From contig JBEKGO010000002.1 in assembly GCA_050012755.1 (NCBI GenBank), forward strand, positions 64,001 through 128,000: a stretch of 64,000 nt of DNA, given 5' to 3'. The notes beneath the pieces were generated by a model. It made no database searches. It was not told the DNA's origin and saw only the letters and a list, made by a program, of their open reading frames with translations. Of the stretch, positions 47,187 to 57,134 are shown in pieces. The translations under genes were made by a program, and so were the position numbers. This stretch comes from Candidatus Bathyarchaeia archaeon. GTDB taxonomy: Archaea; Thermoproteota; Bathyarchaeia; Bathyarchaeales; Bathycorpusculaceae. Position 1 is the stretch's first letter, and every line of letters starts with the position of its first letter.

Positions 47187-48203
47187 TTACAGCGTAGTTT
47201 GCCCCGCAGTTCGGGGCATAGCGACTGCGGAAACGCCCAGGCGCTTGCGGATTTCCTTCGCTAAAACTACACCATGGCTCCTGTAATTGTCAGTGACAAC
47301 TTGTTTTGCATGTGAACGCTTAACATATTCGATTAAGCCGTCAAAATCAGAGTGATCACTTAGGGCAACCAAGAATTCTCTATCTCCGATTTGCCGGCAG
47401 GGTGCACTGAATTCCCAGCCGCTGACGCAAATGCGTGAATTATTCAAACCCACATGTTGGCGAGAATTCATGTGGTAAAATGCTACACATGGAAGATTAC
47501 CGTCCAATAGTTCACGTCCATCTTCGTCAGTGGAAAGTGAGAGGCAGCCAAGATCCATTCCATGTTGTTCGCAAACCTTAGTTACTTTGTAAACCCTCTC
47601 AGGCATTACAAATGGAACTGAAACATCGGCTTTTCTGAGAAGTTTCATGATTTCTTGAAGCTTTCCATGGTAACCGAAGACATAAACTGTGCCGCCTCGC
47701 AAGCGTTTCTCAATCATAGAAACCAACAGTTCCCGAACATCCACCCCAAAATTCCGTCTAAATGATGGGCTTCCGTATGTTGCTTCAACGACGAGAATAT
47801 CACATTCGACAACAGGTGTGTCGTCAATTCTGAAGTCGCCTGTGTAAGCAATTCTTATTCCACCTGCATCCTCGACTAATACTTGAGCTGCACCCAAAAT
47901 ATGGTCTGCTTTGATAAGAGTAATTTTTTCGTCGCCGTACTTGATGGCTTTTCCATATTCCATGGTTTTTACTGGAGTCCCATGAAGATTAAGTGAGCCG
48001 TCAAGGGTTTCCGCAAGGTCTCTTGTGGCTTTAGTCATAAAAACTTTCTCGCAGCACTTCAAGCTTTTCCGTAAACCGCCAAGGTGATCTGCGTGGGCAT
48101 GAGTTACAATCCGCAAGGGCCTAGAATCATCGAAAGCGTCACATGCAACACTGTCACCTAACAATACAGCACCGTTTTTAGTGACCTTCGCCCTTGCGGA
48201 CAA
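47187..48203 (-). CDS. Metallo-beta-lactamase/beta-CASP nuclease
   Basis: THAHADH, HILG, YTGD, EATY and SDHSD. Confidence 0.85.
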   Translation of the reverse strand: MSARAKVTKNGAVLLGDSVACDAFDDSRPLRIVTHAHADHLGGLRKSLKCCEKVFMTKATRDLAETLDGSLNLHGTPVKTMEYGKAIKYGDEKITLIKADHILGAAQVLVEDAGGIRIAYTGDFRIDDTPVVECDILVVEATYGSPSFRRNFGVDVRELLVSMIEKRLRGGTVYVFGYHGKLQEIMKLLRKADVSVPFVMPERVYKVTKVCEQHGMDLGCLSLSTDEDGRELLDGNLPCVAFYHMNSRQHVGLNNSRICVSGWEFSAPCRQIGDREFLVALSDHSDFDGLIEYVKRSHAKQVVTDNYRSHGVVLAKEIRKRLGVSAVAMPRTAGQTTL

Positions 48204-48214
48204 CAGTAATCCTC

Positions 48215-48619
48215 TTACCTTCCGGTTTTTTCGGCAAGCCACTCGATGAGCCCTTGCGGATTGCCGGTTTCAATAGTAACCTTTATTGGGCCTAGTGGTG
48301 ACTCAGCTGTTTCCTCACAAAAAGAGATGTGCCCTGCAAATGCTACCTGCTTGTTTAGGCAAAACCTTACCGTGTTGCCTCTTGTGCTGCGAAAAAGCGC
48401 TTTTCTAGATGCATCACGAACTCTGTCACAGCGCATAATGTTGCGCAGTTTAACCAAAGATTCTTGTCCTTTAGCTTCAGCAATCAAAATGTTTACTTTG
48501 TCCTCGGTCTTGATTGTCATCGAAGCGTTGCCTAGAATGTTAGCTACTGCTGCTTTGACTTTTTCCTCGCTTTCAGTCGGATAAATTTCGGCTTCCACAT
48601 TAACATTTACTTCATCCAT
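48215..48619 (-). CDS. Archaeal RNA-binding domain protein (COG1931-like)
   Basis: PTESEEKV, LNKQVA and PLGPI. Confidence 0.8.
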   Translation of the reverse strand: MDEVNVNVEAEIYPTESEEKVKAAVANILGNASMTIKTEDKVNILIAEAKGQESLVKLRNIMRCDRVRDASRKALFRSTRGNTVRFCLNKQVAFAGHISFCEETAESPLGPIKVTIETGNPQGLIEWLAEKTGR

Positions 48620-49173
48620 TTCCGCTCAATCCTCCTCAAAGCCTCTGCAATCCTAGCCTTAACCTCTTCAACACCGACATCGTTAATTATCATCTGTTCA
48701 GCCATCGCAATCACGTTGCCTAAGCCAACGCTGAGTTCACGCATATCCCGTTCATGAAAGACTGCCCAACCGTTTGAATCGTCGCTTCGACGACGGTTAG
48801 AGAGTCGGGTAAACCTTGTTTCTGGAGATGCGTGAACAGCGGCTATGCTGAATTTTGCAAAATGAGTTTTGAAAGCTTCAACTTCATGAAGGCTTCTTAA
48901 ACCGTCAATTAGTACTTTATTTTTTTCTTGTATTTCGATTTTTGGAATGCATTTTTGAGCAACCACTGTGACGCCTCCGTCGGCTCTAAGTTGAAGCATA
49001 ACTTTTCCCACGTTCGCCGGTGTTAAATCTAAGCCAAGCTTCAAGGTTTCCTCTCTAATAACGTCTCCCATAATCACAATGTCGTAGCCTAATTCCCGTG
49101 CAGTTTCAACGACTAGAGATTTGCCTGAACCCGGCATCCCGGCTAAACCCACAACTATTTTGTCACCGCTCAT
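48607..49173 (-). CDS. NMP/dephospho-CoA kinase-like P-loop protein (COG0237)
   Basis: GMPGSGKS, MGDVIRE, IDGLRS and RDMREL. Confidence 0.82.
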   Translation of the reverse strand: MSGDKIVVGLAGMPGSGKSLVVETARELGYDIVIMGDVIREETLKLGLDLTPANVGKVMLQLRADGGVTVVAQKCIPKIEIQEKNKVLIDGLRSLHEVEAFKTHFAKFSIAAVHASPETRFTRLSNRRRSDDSNGWAVFHERDMRELSVGLGNVIAMAEQMIINDVGVEEVKARIAEALRRIERKWMK

Positions 49174-49419
49174 AACTAACCCCTTTTTTGGTTCTATTAC
49201 GGTAACTTCCATTAAAGACTATCCATAAACAAAGTCAGCGATTCCGTAGAGATTAGTGTTCGCAGCGTACCCTGAGGAGCCTATGTCTTCCTCTATGCTC
49301 TTAAGAATTTTTGCGCCATAACTGGCTCATTAGGCTTAGTGTGCAGTTCAGACTTGAAATTTTGGGTTGATATTTAAATCAGTAACACCTATTGCCAACG
49401 GGGAGATGAAACCGTTGAC

Positions 49420-49995
49420 TTACTTTTCCTGCGGTTTTTCCCATAGCTGAAGTTTCTGTTTCTTAAGTTCAGTTCGTTTCTTCTGTAAATAATTGTAAAC
49501 CGTATGATGCTCGCAACCCTCAACAATCATCTGAACAGCGTTTCTTGCGGCGTTGGCTTCTTCAAAACTGCCGATTATCCCCACAGTGTGACCATAAACA
49601 ACTACGTCAGCCTCAGTTAACTCTTCAATCAGCTTTCTTGTTTTGCCCTCTGCACCGATGATTCTGCCTTTTATACGTTTAATATCTGATTCTGAACGCC
49701 CAAAAATCACCCGTAAATCTATCATGTGGAAAATGTCATCTTCGTTGCGTATCAAACGGAAAGCTGTTTCAGGAGGGAACCCTCTGCCGATTGCAGTTAC
49801 AACATCTTTAGCTTTTAGCAATAAAGAGGGATCCTTTGATGTTTCCAAAAGAACGAGGGTGACGCTTCCTTCAGTGTCAATTTCAAGTTTGACCTCAAGT
49901 TTCTCTTCGATGTACCTCTTAACTTTACCTTCTGGACCAATAAGTATGCCAATGCGTTCTTTTGGAATTTTTACAAACATGTCTGGACGGGACAT
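49420..49995 (-). CDS. KH-domain rRNA processing protein (Dim2/Pno1/Krr1)
   Basis: RIGILIG, AIGRGF and KGRIIG. Confidence 0.9.
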   Translation of the reverse strand: MSRPDMFVKIPKERIGILIGPEGKVKRYIEEKLEVKLEIDTEGSVTLVLLETSKDPSLLLKAKDVVTAIGRGFPPETAFRLIRNEDDIFHMIDLRVIFGRSESDIKRIKGRIIGAEGKTRKLIEELTEADVVVYGHTVGIIGSFEEANAARNAVQMIVEGCEHHTVYNYLQKKRTELKKQKLQLWEKPQEK

Positions 49996-50789
49996 TATTT
50001 ACCAACAACCATTTTATGAAATTCTTCAATTGGAATAACTCTAACATTTAACCTACTAAAGAACCTATTTACGTTCGCTAAATCTCTGCGCAACATAAAA
50101 TCTGCCATGGGATGCTGGGTTGAAACGGATTGGGATACGTCAAAAACCACGGGTCTGCCTTTCCACATCATAATGTTGTATTCGCTCAGGTCACCATGGA
50201 CAATTCTGGCTTTTTGGTAGAGACGCTTTAGGTAAGTGACTAGAATTTTATAGACTTTTTCAGGGTTATTTGGCGACTGCTCCTTCAGCGAGGGCGCACT
50301 AACCCCTTCCTTACCTATAAACTCCATAACCACAACATTACTTTTGACTGCTATGGGTTTTGGCACATGGACCTTTGCCGCGTAAGCGTCCCCTAAATTC
50401 CGAAATTCCTTCTGCGCCCAAACAGCAATCAATGAACGTGTATCATGTTTAACGTCTTTGAAGCGTGGGTCACCTTCAATGTATTTGTGCATGCCTCTTT
50501 TAAATTCGGCAGAGGAGGTTAAGTAAATCTTTACTGCTAAATCCGTGCCTTCTTTGTTCGTAGCCCAGTAAACGCGAGCTTCCTTGCCTGAACTAACAAC
50601 GCCATTGAGCTCATAGAACACACCGCTGTTGAGCAAGTCAAAGACAACCATGCGTGTGGTTTGGTCAAAAACCTCTTCCACGGTTGCGCGTTCTTTTGTC
50701 ATGTCGTGGACGAGCATTTTGTCTCTTCTTTCGATTCTTCTTTCGTTGTGCGCAAGGCGTTCTTGAGCTTTTCTAGACATTCTATTCAA
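49995..50789 (-). CDS. rio1: RIO1-family serine kinase
   Basis: SGKEARVY, AVKIY, VHGDLSEYNI and FDVSQ. Confidence 0.93.
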   Translation of the reverse strand: MNRMSRKAQERLAHNERRIERRDKMLVHDMTKERATVEEVFDQTTRMVVFDLLNSGVFYELNGVVSSGKEARVYWATNKEGTDLAVKIYLTSSAEFKRGMHKYIEGDPRFKDVKHDTRSLIAVWAQKEFRNLGDAYAAKVHVPKPIAVKSNVVVMEFIGKEGVSAPSLKEQSPNNPEKVYKILVTYLKRLYQKARIVHGDLSEYNIMMWKGRPVVFDVSQSVSTQHPMADFMLRRDLANVNRFFSRLNVRVIPIEEFHKMVVGK

Positions 50790-50891
50790 GCATTCTAACT
50801 GCTTCAGGGTATTTAAAACCGATCAAACAAGAAAGCCCTAGTGCCAAGCTAACAATCGTATGATAATAAAATTGAGCGCTAAAGTAGAAGA

Positions 50892-51197
50892 TTAAAGGGT
50901 TAAAATGCCCTTGCGTCTCAGCGTGTCAGCTTGGCCGTGTGTGTAACGCCAAACAACGTCGCCGCGTTTATCGGTTTGGAATTCCCAGGGTGAAACAATA
51001 ACGATGTCTCCTTCTCGAATCCAAACACGTCTTTTCATTTTTCCGCGAATACGGCATAAACGTTCAGCGCCATCTTGACATTTAACTAGAATGCGGTCGA
51101 ATCCAAGCAGTTTAACAACTACGCCTAAGACTTCGCCTTGTCCAGGATAAACTAGTTCGCCGATTGCGCCTTCGCTTAATACTTTTTTCTTTCCCAA
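50892..51197 (-). CDS. eif1a: Translation initiation factor aIF-1A
   Basis: RLCRIRGKMKRRVWIREGD; TTG start at 51197 with GAGG SD. Confidence 0.93.
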   Translation of the reverse strand: MGKKKVLSEGAIGELVYPGQGEVLGVVVKLLGFDRILVKCQDGAERLCRIRGKMKRRVWIREGDIVIVSPWEFQTDKRGDVVWRYTHGQADTLRRKGILTL

Positions 51198-51433
51198 ACA
51201 GTAAACCTCTGCTACAGATATTTGAAAACAATTGCTTTTCGTGCTTAAAAGCGTGTTCGTTAACCTAACAGATTTCACAGCAAAAATTTGTATTTTGCAA
51301 AATTAAAACTGAATGTTTTAGCTATTTTACGGTATTTTTACGCTAACAAATAGCTACCTCTTCCCAATCGGTTCAAAAGCCATTTATGATTCTCGGCCAA
51401 CAATAATACCAGGACTCTCTTTGAATTGTCTGG

Positions 51434-52018
51434 GTGTCATTGATGATTGTTGGAGCTGTTGTGTTAGCGGCTGGAAAATCCGAAAGAATGGGGAAAAACA
51501 ATTTTCTTTCAAGTTTGAATGGCAAAACATTAATTGAGAATATTTTGGATGCGTTGACAGTTGTTGGCATAAATGAGCAGGTGGTTGTTTTGGGAAATAA
51601 ACTTGAGGAGATTGTTGAAGTTATAAAGCCGAGGCTTGGCAAGGTCAAGATTGCGTTAAATTTAGACGGCGAGACTGGGATTATTCCTTTTTTTCAAACA
51701 GGGCTTATGGTACTTTCAAAGGTTGACGCGGCGTTTTTGGTTCTTGGCGACCAACCAATTATAAACTCAAATCTTCTAACGACGATGATTCAGAAGATGG
51801 AAAACGATGCAGACGCGTTAATAGTGAGCCCGATTCACAACGGCGAGAAAGGACACCCACTGCTTTTTAGAAGGCAACTGTTCATCGAAATACTCAGCCT
51901 TAAAGACTCACAGACTATCGGCGACGTGGTTCATGCCCATGCTGATAAATTGTTAACGGTTGAGGCGCCAGCGTGGACTATAATAGATATTGATACGTCC
52001 GAAAAATACCCGCAGTAA
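51434..52018 (+). CDS. MobA/MocA-like nucleotidyltransferase family protein
   Basis: LAAGKSERMG, GDQP, GHP and DIDT. Confidence 0.85.
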   Translation: MSLMIVGAVVLAAGKSERMGKNNFLSSLNGKTLIENILDALTVVGINEQVVVLGNKLEEIVEVIKPRLGKVKIALNLDGETGIIPFFQTGLMVLSKVDAAFLVLGDQPIINSNLLTTMIQKMENDADALIVSPIHNGEKGHPLLFRRQLFIEILSLKDSQTIGDVVHAHADKLLTVEAPAWTIIDIDTSEKYPQ

Positions 52019-52076
52019 TACTAATGTAAGTTTAAATGCTGACACCGGATAATCATTTTAATGGTGCATCCGTAAA

Positions 52077-52892
52077 GTGTCATACGTCTTCAACATACCA
52101 TATCGAAAAAACGCCAAACTCAAACAGGTAATGGAACGAATAAAAGAAGATAAGAAACTTCAAACTTATTGGAAATGCGCTAACGTAATGGCTATAGAAC
52201 GCATGGGCTACACTGACCACGGTCCAACACATGTTAAAATCGTATCTAACATTGCACTGAGACTTTTGCGCATTCTCATCGAAAAAAACCTCATCACCCC
52301 TAGCATAGTTGAAAGCTATAAAATGCAAAACGACGATGCCGAAGTAGTTGTTGTTTTAGGCGCAATCTTTCACGATCTAGGTATGATTGTGCAACGATAT
52401 AATCACGAAAAATATAGTGCAACTTTAGCTTTGGAATTTCTTGAAAAATGTTTAACTCCAACATACAACGAGGAGCAACAGGCAATAATCACATCGGAGG
52501 TTCTGCATGCAATAGTTTCCCACGAACAGCCACCAAGCAATGAGTCAACCCATAGAATATTAACCAAAGAAGCTGGCATTGTGGGCATTGCAGATGCATT
52601 AGACATGGAAGCGGGAAGAGCACGAATACCCTTCCAAGCGGGAAAAATAGACATCCACGCAGTCTCAGCACTATCCATTGAAAAAGTTGAAGTAGAATGC
52701 GTTGATAACGCCAAAAACGGAGAAAAACCAATCAACATAAAAATAAAAATGTCAAACTCCGCAGGCGTATTTCAAATTGACGAGCTTCTTAAGCCAAGAA
52801 TCGTCAATTCAGGGCTGGAACAGTTCTTTCATGTAATAGCAGAAATCACAGGCGAAAAAGAAAACAGGATCATCGAGAAATTCGAAATCTAA
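52077..52892 (+). CDS. HD-domain phosphohydrolase
   Basis: DHGPTH, FHDLG, ADALD and IHAVSA. Confidence 0.85.
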   Translation: MSYVFNIPYRKNAKLKQVMERIKEDKKLQTYWKCANVMAIERMGYTDHGPTHVKIVSNIALRLLRILIEKNLITPSIVESYKMQNDDAEVVVVLGAIFHDLGMIVQRYNHEKYSATLALEFLEKCLTPTYNEEQQAIITSEVLHAIVSHEQPPSNESTHRILTKEAGIVGIADALDMEAGRARIPFQAGKIDIHAVSALSIEKVEVECVDNAKNGEKPINIKIKMSNSAGVFQIDELLKPRIVNSGLEQFFHVIAEITGEKENRIIEKFEI

Positions 52893-52913
52893 AATTTTTG
52901 AGGCAACCAACAA

Positions 52914-53261
52914 TTGATTCATAAATATGATGTTGTGGTTGTTGGCGGTAGAATCGCAGGGTTGTACAGTGCTTTAATTGCGTCGGAACATTGCGGAGTT
53001 GCTGCTTGTCCGGTCATCCTAGAGCAAGAACCAAAATTTATCGGTCCGGCAGCCATCTTGAGAGCACAAAAGTACATATTTGATTCTCGAAGAAGTGATG
53101 CATCCGAGCGTATGGATGTTATGGAGAAGCCCTATGGAATTTGGGGTTGCAAAAGCTACTATATGTGCACAGTTGTGTGTCCAAAGAAAATTAAAGTAAC
53201 CGAGCAGATAATAAAGACCAAGAAGAAAATTATTCAGGAACTTCATCCTGAAAGCAGGTAA
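52914..53261 (+). pseudogene. In-frame chimera of an SdhA/FrdA N-terminus and an SdhB/FrdB C-terminus
   Basis: YDVVVVGGRIAGL (FAD-binding start) joined to ACPV...FIGPAA...DSR...CKSYYMCTVVCPK. Confidence 0.75.
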
Positions 53262-53278
53262 AGAGAGGCAAAAAGAAA

Positions 53279-54631
53279 ATGGAAACTCGAAAAGAAACCG
53301 ATCCATTAGGTGAGAGATTAATTCCCAAAGAAGCCTATTACGGAATTCAAACACTTCGGGCTATTGAAAATTTTCCAGTAAGCGGCATAAAAACGCCCTT
53401 GCCCTTCATTAAAGCCTATGCTCTTATAAAAAAGGCAGCTGCAACTGCAAACATGCAGGTGGGCTGGCTTGAGAAAAAGAAAGCAAAAGCCATAATTGAG
53501 GCTTGCGATGAAGTGTTAACTGGCAAACTCCTTGACCAGTTCATAGTTGATGTTTTCCAAGCCGGCGCGGGCACTTCTTTTAACATGAACGTTAACGAGG
53601 TCTTAGCAAATAAGGCTCTTGGAATCTTGGGCAAACCGAAAGGCGATTACAAAACAGTTAGCCCAAACGACCACGTGAATATGGGACAATCAACCAACGA
53701 TACGTTTCCAACAGCACTTCATATTTCGGTTCTAATGTCTCTGCAGCCTTTACTTGTTGCGCTTGACGAATTGGCAGATTCATTCAATGAGCTGGGCAAA
53801 AAAAATAATCATATCTTAAAGTCAGGCAGAACTCACCTGCAAGACGCAGTGCCAGTTACAATTGGCCAAGAATTCACCGCGTATGGTTCAGCAATCGCCA
53901 ATGCCGCAGTTGAATTACGCAATAGGCAGGAAAACTTGTACGCCGTTGCTCTAGGAGGCACAGCAGTTGGAACAGGAGCAAACGCTCATCCCGATTACAA
54001 GAGTGTCGCTATAGCCGAGTTGGCGAAGTTGACGGGTTTCCCACTTAAGCCTGCAGCAAACAATTTTGAAGCGCTGCAAAGCCATAGGTCAGCACAGACG
54101 GTTTCAAGCGGTCTCAAAGAATTAGCCCTCGAGCTTATCAGAATAGCAAATGACCTGCGGCTTCTAGCTTCTGGTCCTACAACTGGGTTAAACGAGATTG
54201 TACTTCCGCCTGTACAGCCTGGCTCATCCATTATGCCTGGAAAAGTGAATCCCGTGATGGCTGAATGCTTAGACATGGTAGCGTTCCAAGTGGTCGGTAA
54301 CGATTTGGCGACGTCTTTGGCAGTTCAGGCAGGGCAAATGGATCTAAACGTTATGACGCCAACCATCATGTACAACATGCTCTTCTCCATCCAAATTCTG
54401 ACCAATTACATTCCAGTCTTTACTAGCAAATGCGTCAAAGGCATAACCGTCAACGTGAAACAGTGCAATCGTTACTTGGAAAAGAACCCGTCGTTAGCTA
54501 CTCTTCTATCGCCTTACGTCGGCTACTTGGAAGCAGCAAAAATCGCCAAACAAGCCCAGGCCGAAAACCGTTCAGTAAAAGAGATAGCGCTGGAAAAGAA
54601 GCTGCTTAAGCTTCACATACATCCTTTTTAA
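53279..54631 (+). CDS. aspA: Aspartate ammonia-lyase (fumarase/aspartase family); C-terminus appears short
   Basis: YYGIQT, QAGAGTS, GRTHLQDAVP and GSSIMPGKVNP. Confidence 0.82.
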   Translation: METRKETDPLGERLIPKEAYYGIQTLRAIENFPVSGIKTPLPFIKAYALIKKAAATANMQVGWLEKKKAKAIIEACDEVLTGKLLDQFIVDVFQAGAGTSFNMNVNEVLANKALGILGKPKGDYKTVSPNDHVNMGQSTNDTFPTALHISVLMSLQPLLVALDELADSFNELGKKNNHILKSGRTHLQDAVPVTIGQEFTAYGSAIANAAVELRNRQENLYAVALGGTAVGTGANAHPDYKSVAIAELAKLTGFPLKPAANNFEALQSHRSAQTVSSGLKELALELIRIANDLRLLASGPTTGLNEIVLPPVQPGSSIMPGKVNPVMAECLDMVAFQVVGNDLATSLAVQAGQMDLNVMTPTIMYNMLFSIQILTNYIPVFTSKCVKGITVNVKQCNRYLEKNPSLATLLSPYVGYLEAAKIAKQAQAENRSVKEIALEKKLLKLHIHPF

Positions 54632-54710
54632 TCCATTTTAAAAAGGTTAAAATCAACTATCCTCGTCATTCTTCTGCAAAGTTTTTAGAATCTAACAACC
54701 ATAACCAAAG

Positions 54711-56057
54711 TTATCCAGCAGTACCATAGCCACTAATGGTTACCACAGCGTTTGTTGAGCTGGAACTGGATTGAGCATCAACCACGACAGCCCAAATTAC
54801 ATCTTGGGAAGGATACAGCTGCATCATATCATCGTCATTTAACCACACTGCGGTGCTATTGTTGAAGGTTTTGGTAACGCTGTTTGAGATTACGTTGTCA
54901 GCAAATTGTAAACGAATCCTAACTGTTATCGTTTCATTGTTAGTGAAGCTGCCTGTAACCTGAATTTTAGGTGTGAAAGTGAAGATTTTAAGCGGAAGCG
55001 TTTGAATAGTTACATTGGTGCCGTACTGGCTGTTGACACCAACCGGAACATTCTCGTTTTGTCTTTCAAAAGCACTTCCGACTCCAGAAATCCATATGCC
55101 ATATGGGTTGTGAATCATAGCAGTCCAATTGCCCAAAAAGCTGACGCCGCCATCTAATATCGGAGGATATTTAGCGGTTTGTCCAATGTCAATGGCGTAC
55201 ATGCTGTTGGGTTGGTCTGTAAACGATTCGAAAACCACTCCGACAAAGAGGGATTGAGTCATTGTTCCGCCGAGTAAAAGTCCAGTTTGATTATTTACCC
55301 CGTCTTGACCCATCCACATTCGTACATCTTGAATTTGACTGTCTGAAAACTCGGCCAACGGCTCAACATTCAGGCCGATGCTGTTGTCTCTCAGGTTGAA
55401 GAAGCAACGGTCAATTTGTGAGCTTGCGTATGAACCTGTAGCGTTGCCAATCGGAGTTCGGAGTGCTATGCCTTCTGTTGCATTGATGAAGTGGCAGTCT
55501 TCAATTTTGGTGTTTTCACTCCAAGATTTTGTGTTGGCCAACTCTATTCCGGTCGTGGTGTTTTCGAAGATCATGTTTGTTATGGTGGTTCCAAAAGAAT
55601 TTTCGATTCTAATTGTTCCATTAATTATTGTTAAGCCTGAAATGACTGCATATTCTGAAGTGGTATAGTTGTCCCCGCTTAAGATTATTTTATGACCGTT
55701 TCCAACTATTGTTGCTCCGTCGCCGACAATTTTGGCATTTATTTTGTTTGAAACCAAAATGTCTTGATTTAAAATGTATGTTCCTGGATTAAGATAAACT
55801 GATTTTCCTTGAGCAAACGCTGTGTTAATGGCAGATGAAGCGCCTGAAGAGACACTGGCTGAGTAACCCGTTAACACATTTTTCAACTGGTAATTATTGC
55901 CGTTTGGAGAAACAACAAAATCATAAGGAACAGCAGTGGCGGGACCATTTGTTCTTACAAGAATTAGGTAAGTATTGAATCCCGAAAACACAAGCAAAGC
56001 AACAAGAAGAATAACAATAACACGTTTGGAGATAATTATCTTTGAATTAACTGTCAT
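54711..56057 (-). CDS. Membrane-anchored right-handed beta-helix (pectin lyase-like) protein
   Basis: N-terminal TM; AINTAF..VYLNPGTY; repeated I.N/D..F strands. Confidence 0.65.
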   Translation of the reverse strand: MTVNSKIIISKRVIVILLVALLVFSGFNTYLILVRTNGPATAVPYDFVVSPNGNNYQLKNVLTGYSASVSSGASSAINTAFAQGKSVYLNPGTYILNQDILVSNKINAKIVGDGATIVGNGHKIILSGDNYTTSEYAVISGLTIINGTIRIENSFGTTITNMIFENTTTGIELANTKSWSENTKIEDCHFINATEGIALRTPIGNATGSYASSQIDRCFFNLRDNSIGLNVEPLAEFSDSQIQDVRMWMGQDGVNNQTGLLLGGTMTQSLFVGVVFESFTDQPNSMYAIDIGQTAKYPPILDGGVSFLGNWTAMIHNPYGIWISGVGSAFERQNENVPVGVNSQYGTNVTIQTLPLKIFTFTPKIQVTGSFTNNETITVRIRLQFADNVISNSVTKTFNNSTAVWLNDDDMMQLYPSQDVIWAVVVDAQSSSSSTNAVVTISGYGTAG

Positions 56058-56257
56058 CTTGTAAGGCTCAGCCGGTTTTAAGGTACATGTAGAGAATCTA
56101 TGTTAATTAAATTTTATCCCATTATGGCATTTTTAGAGCTGAACCTTAGGTTTCTCAAACCAAAGTTCCGTTCTGCATACTAGCAATTAATCTCAAATCA
56201 TTTCGAGAAAATATGGGAAACTGGAAAATTACTTACTGTTGTCTGAGCGCTAAATGA

Positions 56258-56554
56258 TTAGAGTTTTATTATCTGTGCGTGAGGTACGCCTTCGATTTTT
56301 ATAACCGCTTCAGGATGCACAAACCCTTTCGATATTGCTTTTTCAACGCATGCTTTGCCTACAAGATTTACTATGGTTGAATTATCAATCATGCCCATAG
56401 CTTCCTCAACCGTTGCTTTTCGTCCATTGTAAAACTCGTCTTTAATATGAAAGACAATTTTGCCTTCTCGAAGTGTCCTGCCGAGAAGTTCACAGTCGCA
56501 AACAGCTAACAGCACGTTTCTGCCGACTTGTTTGAGGTTTATGTAAACTTCCAT
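56258..56554 (-). CDS. DUF424-family protein
   Basis: LLAVCDCELLG, FYNG, NLVG and GVPHAQ. Confidence 0.88.
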   Translation of the reverse strand: MEVYINLKQVGRNVLLAVCDCELLGRTLREGKIVFHIKDEFYNGRKATVEEAMGMIDNSTIVNLVGKACVEKAISKGFVHPEAVIKIEGVPHAQIIKL

Positions 56555-56564
56555 TTTAGCGCAC

Positions 56565-56975
56565 TCACAACTGTTTGATTGATGATTTGGCACCGCAGGC
56601 ATTACAAACCAAGAAAGAGAGGCGTTTTTCCTTAACTATTCTGGTATCAGGACGCTTACAAACGGGACAAGTAACATAGTTTTCCAAATACCGCTGCAGT
56701 AACCGTTCAAAACTGTCGCCGCGAAATTTTCCTTGAAAAATTGCTCTTGAATCCTGGAAAGTCGCTGCCGTAGCCATTTCTCTTGTCAGGAACTTCAAGA
56801 TGTGTTGGGGATCTCGATCTAAAGCTTCAGCAACTTCTTTGAAATTAGAGATTATTGTTCGCATACCAACCGTATTGATGTACAATCTTGGTAATTCTAA
56901 GCGCTCACGCTTCGTCGAAACTTCGGGCATCTGAGCACATGCTTTTTTTAGGAGTTCGTCATAATTGAAGGACAT
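56565..56975 (-). CDS. eif2b: Translation initiation factor aIF-2 beta
   Basis: TIISNF, LDRDPQH and CPVCKRPDT...CNACGA. Confidence 0.93.
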   Translation of the reverse strand: MSFNYDELLKKACAQMPEVSTKRERLELPRLYINTVGMRTIISNFKEVAEALDRDPQHILKFLTREMATAATFQDSRAIFQGKFRGDSFERLLQRYLENYVTCPVCKRPDTRIVKEKRLSFLVCNACGAKSSIKQL

Positions 56976-57134
56976 ATCTCTCATCTCAACAGAGGATTGT
57001 GTTAGGATATATTTAAAAATTATAATGAAAACACTGATATTGAACGGTGAAAATATCATATTTTCCACAGATAACTAATATAAATTCGGAAATAGGAATC
57101 ATCATAAGCTTGAACCAACATATGGAGCTATCTC

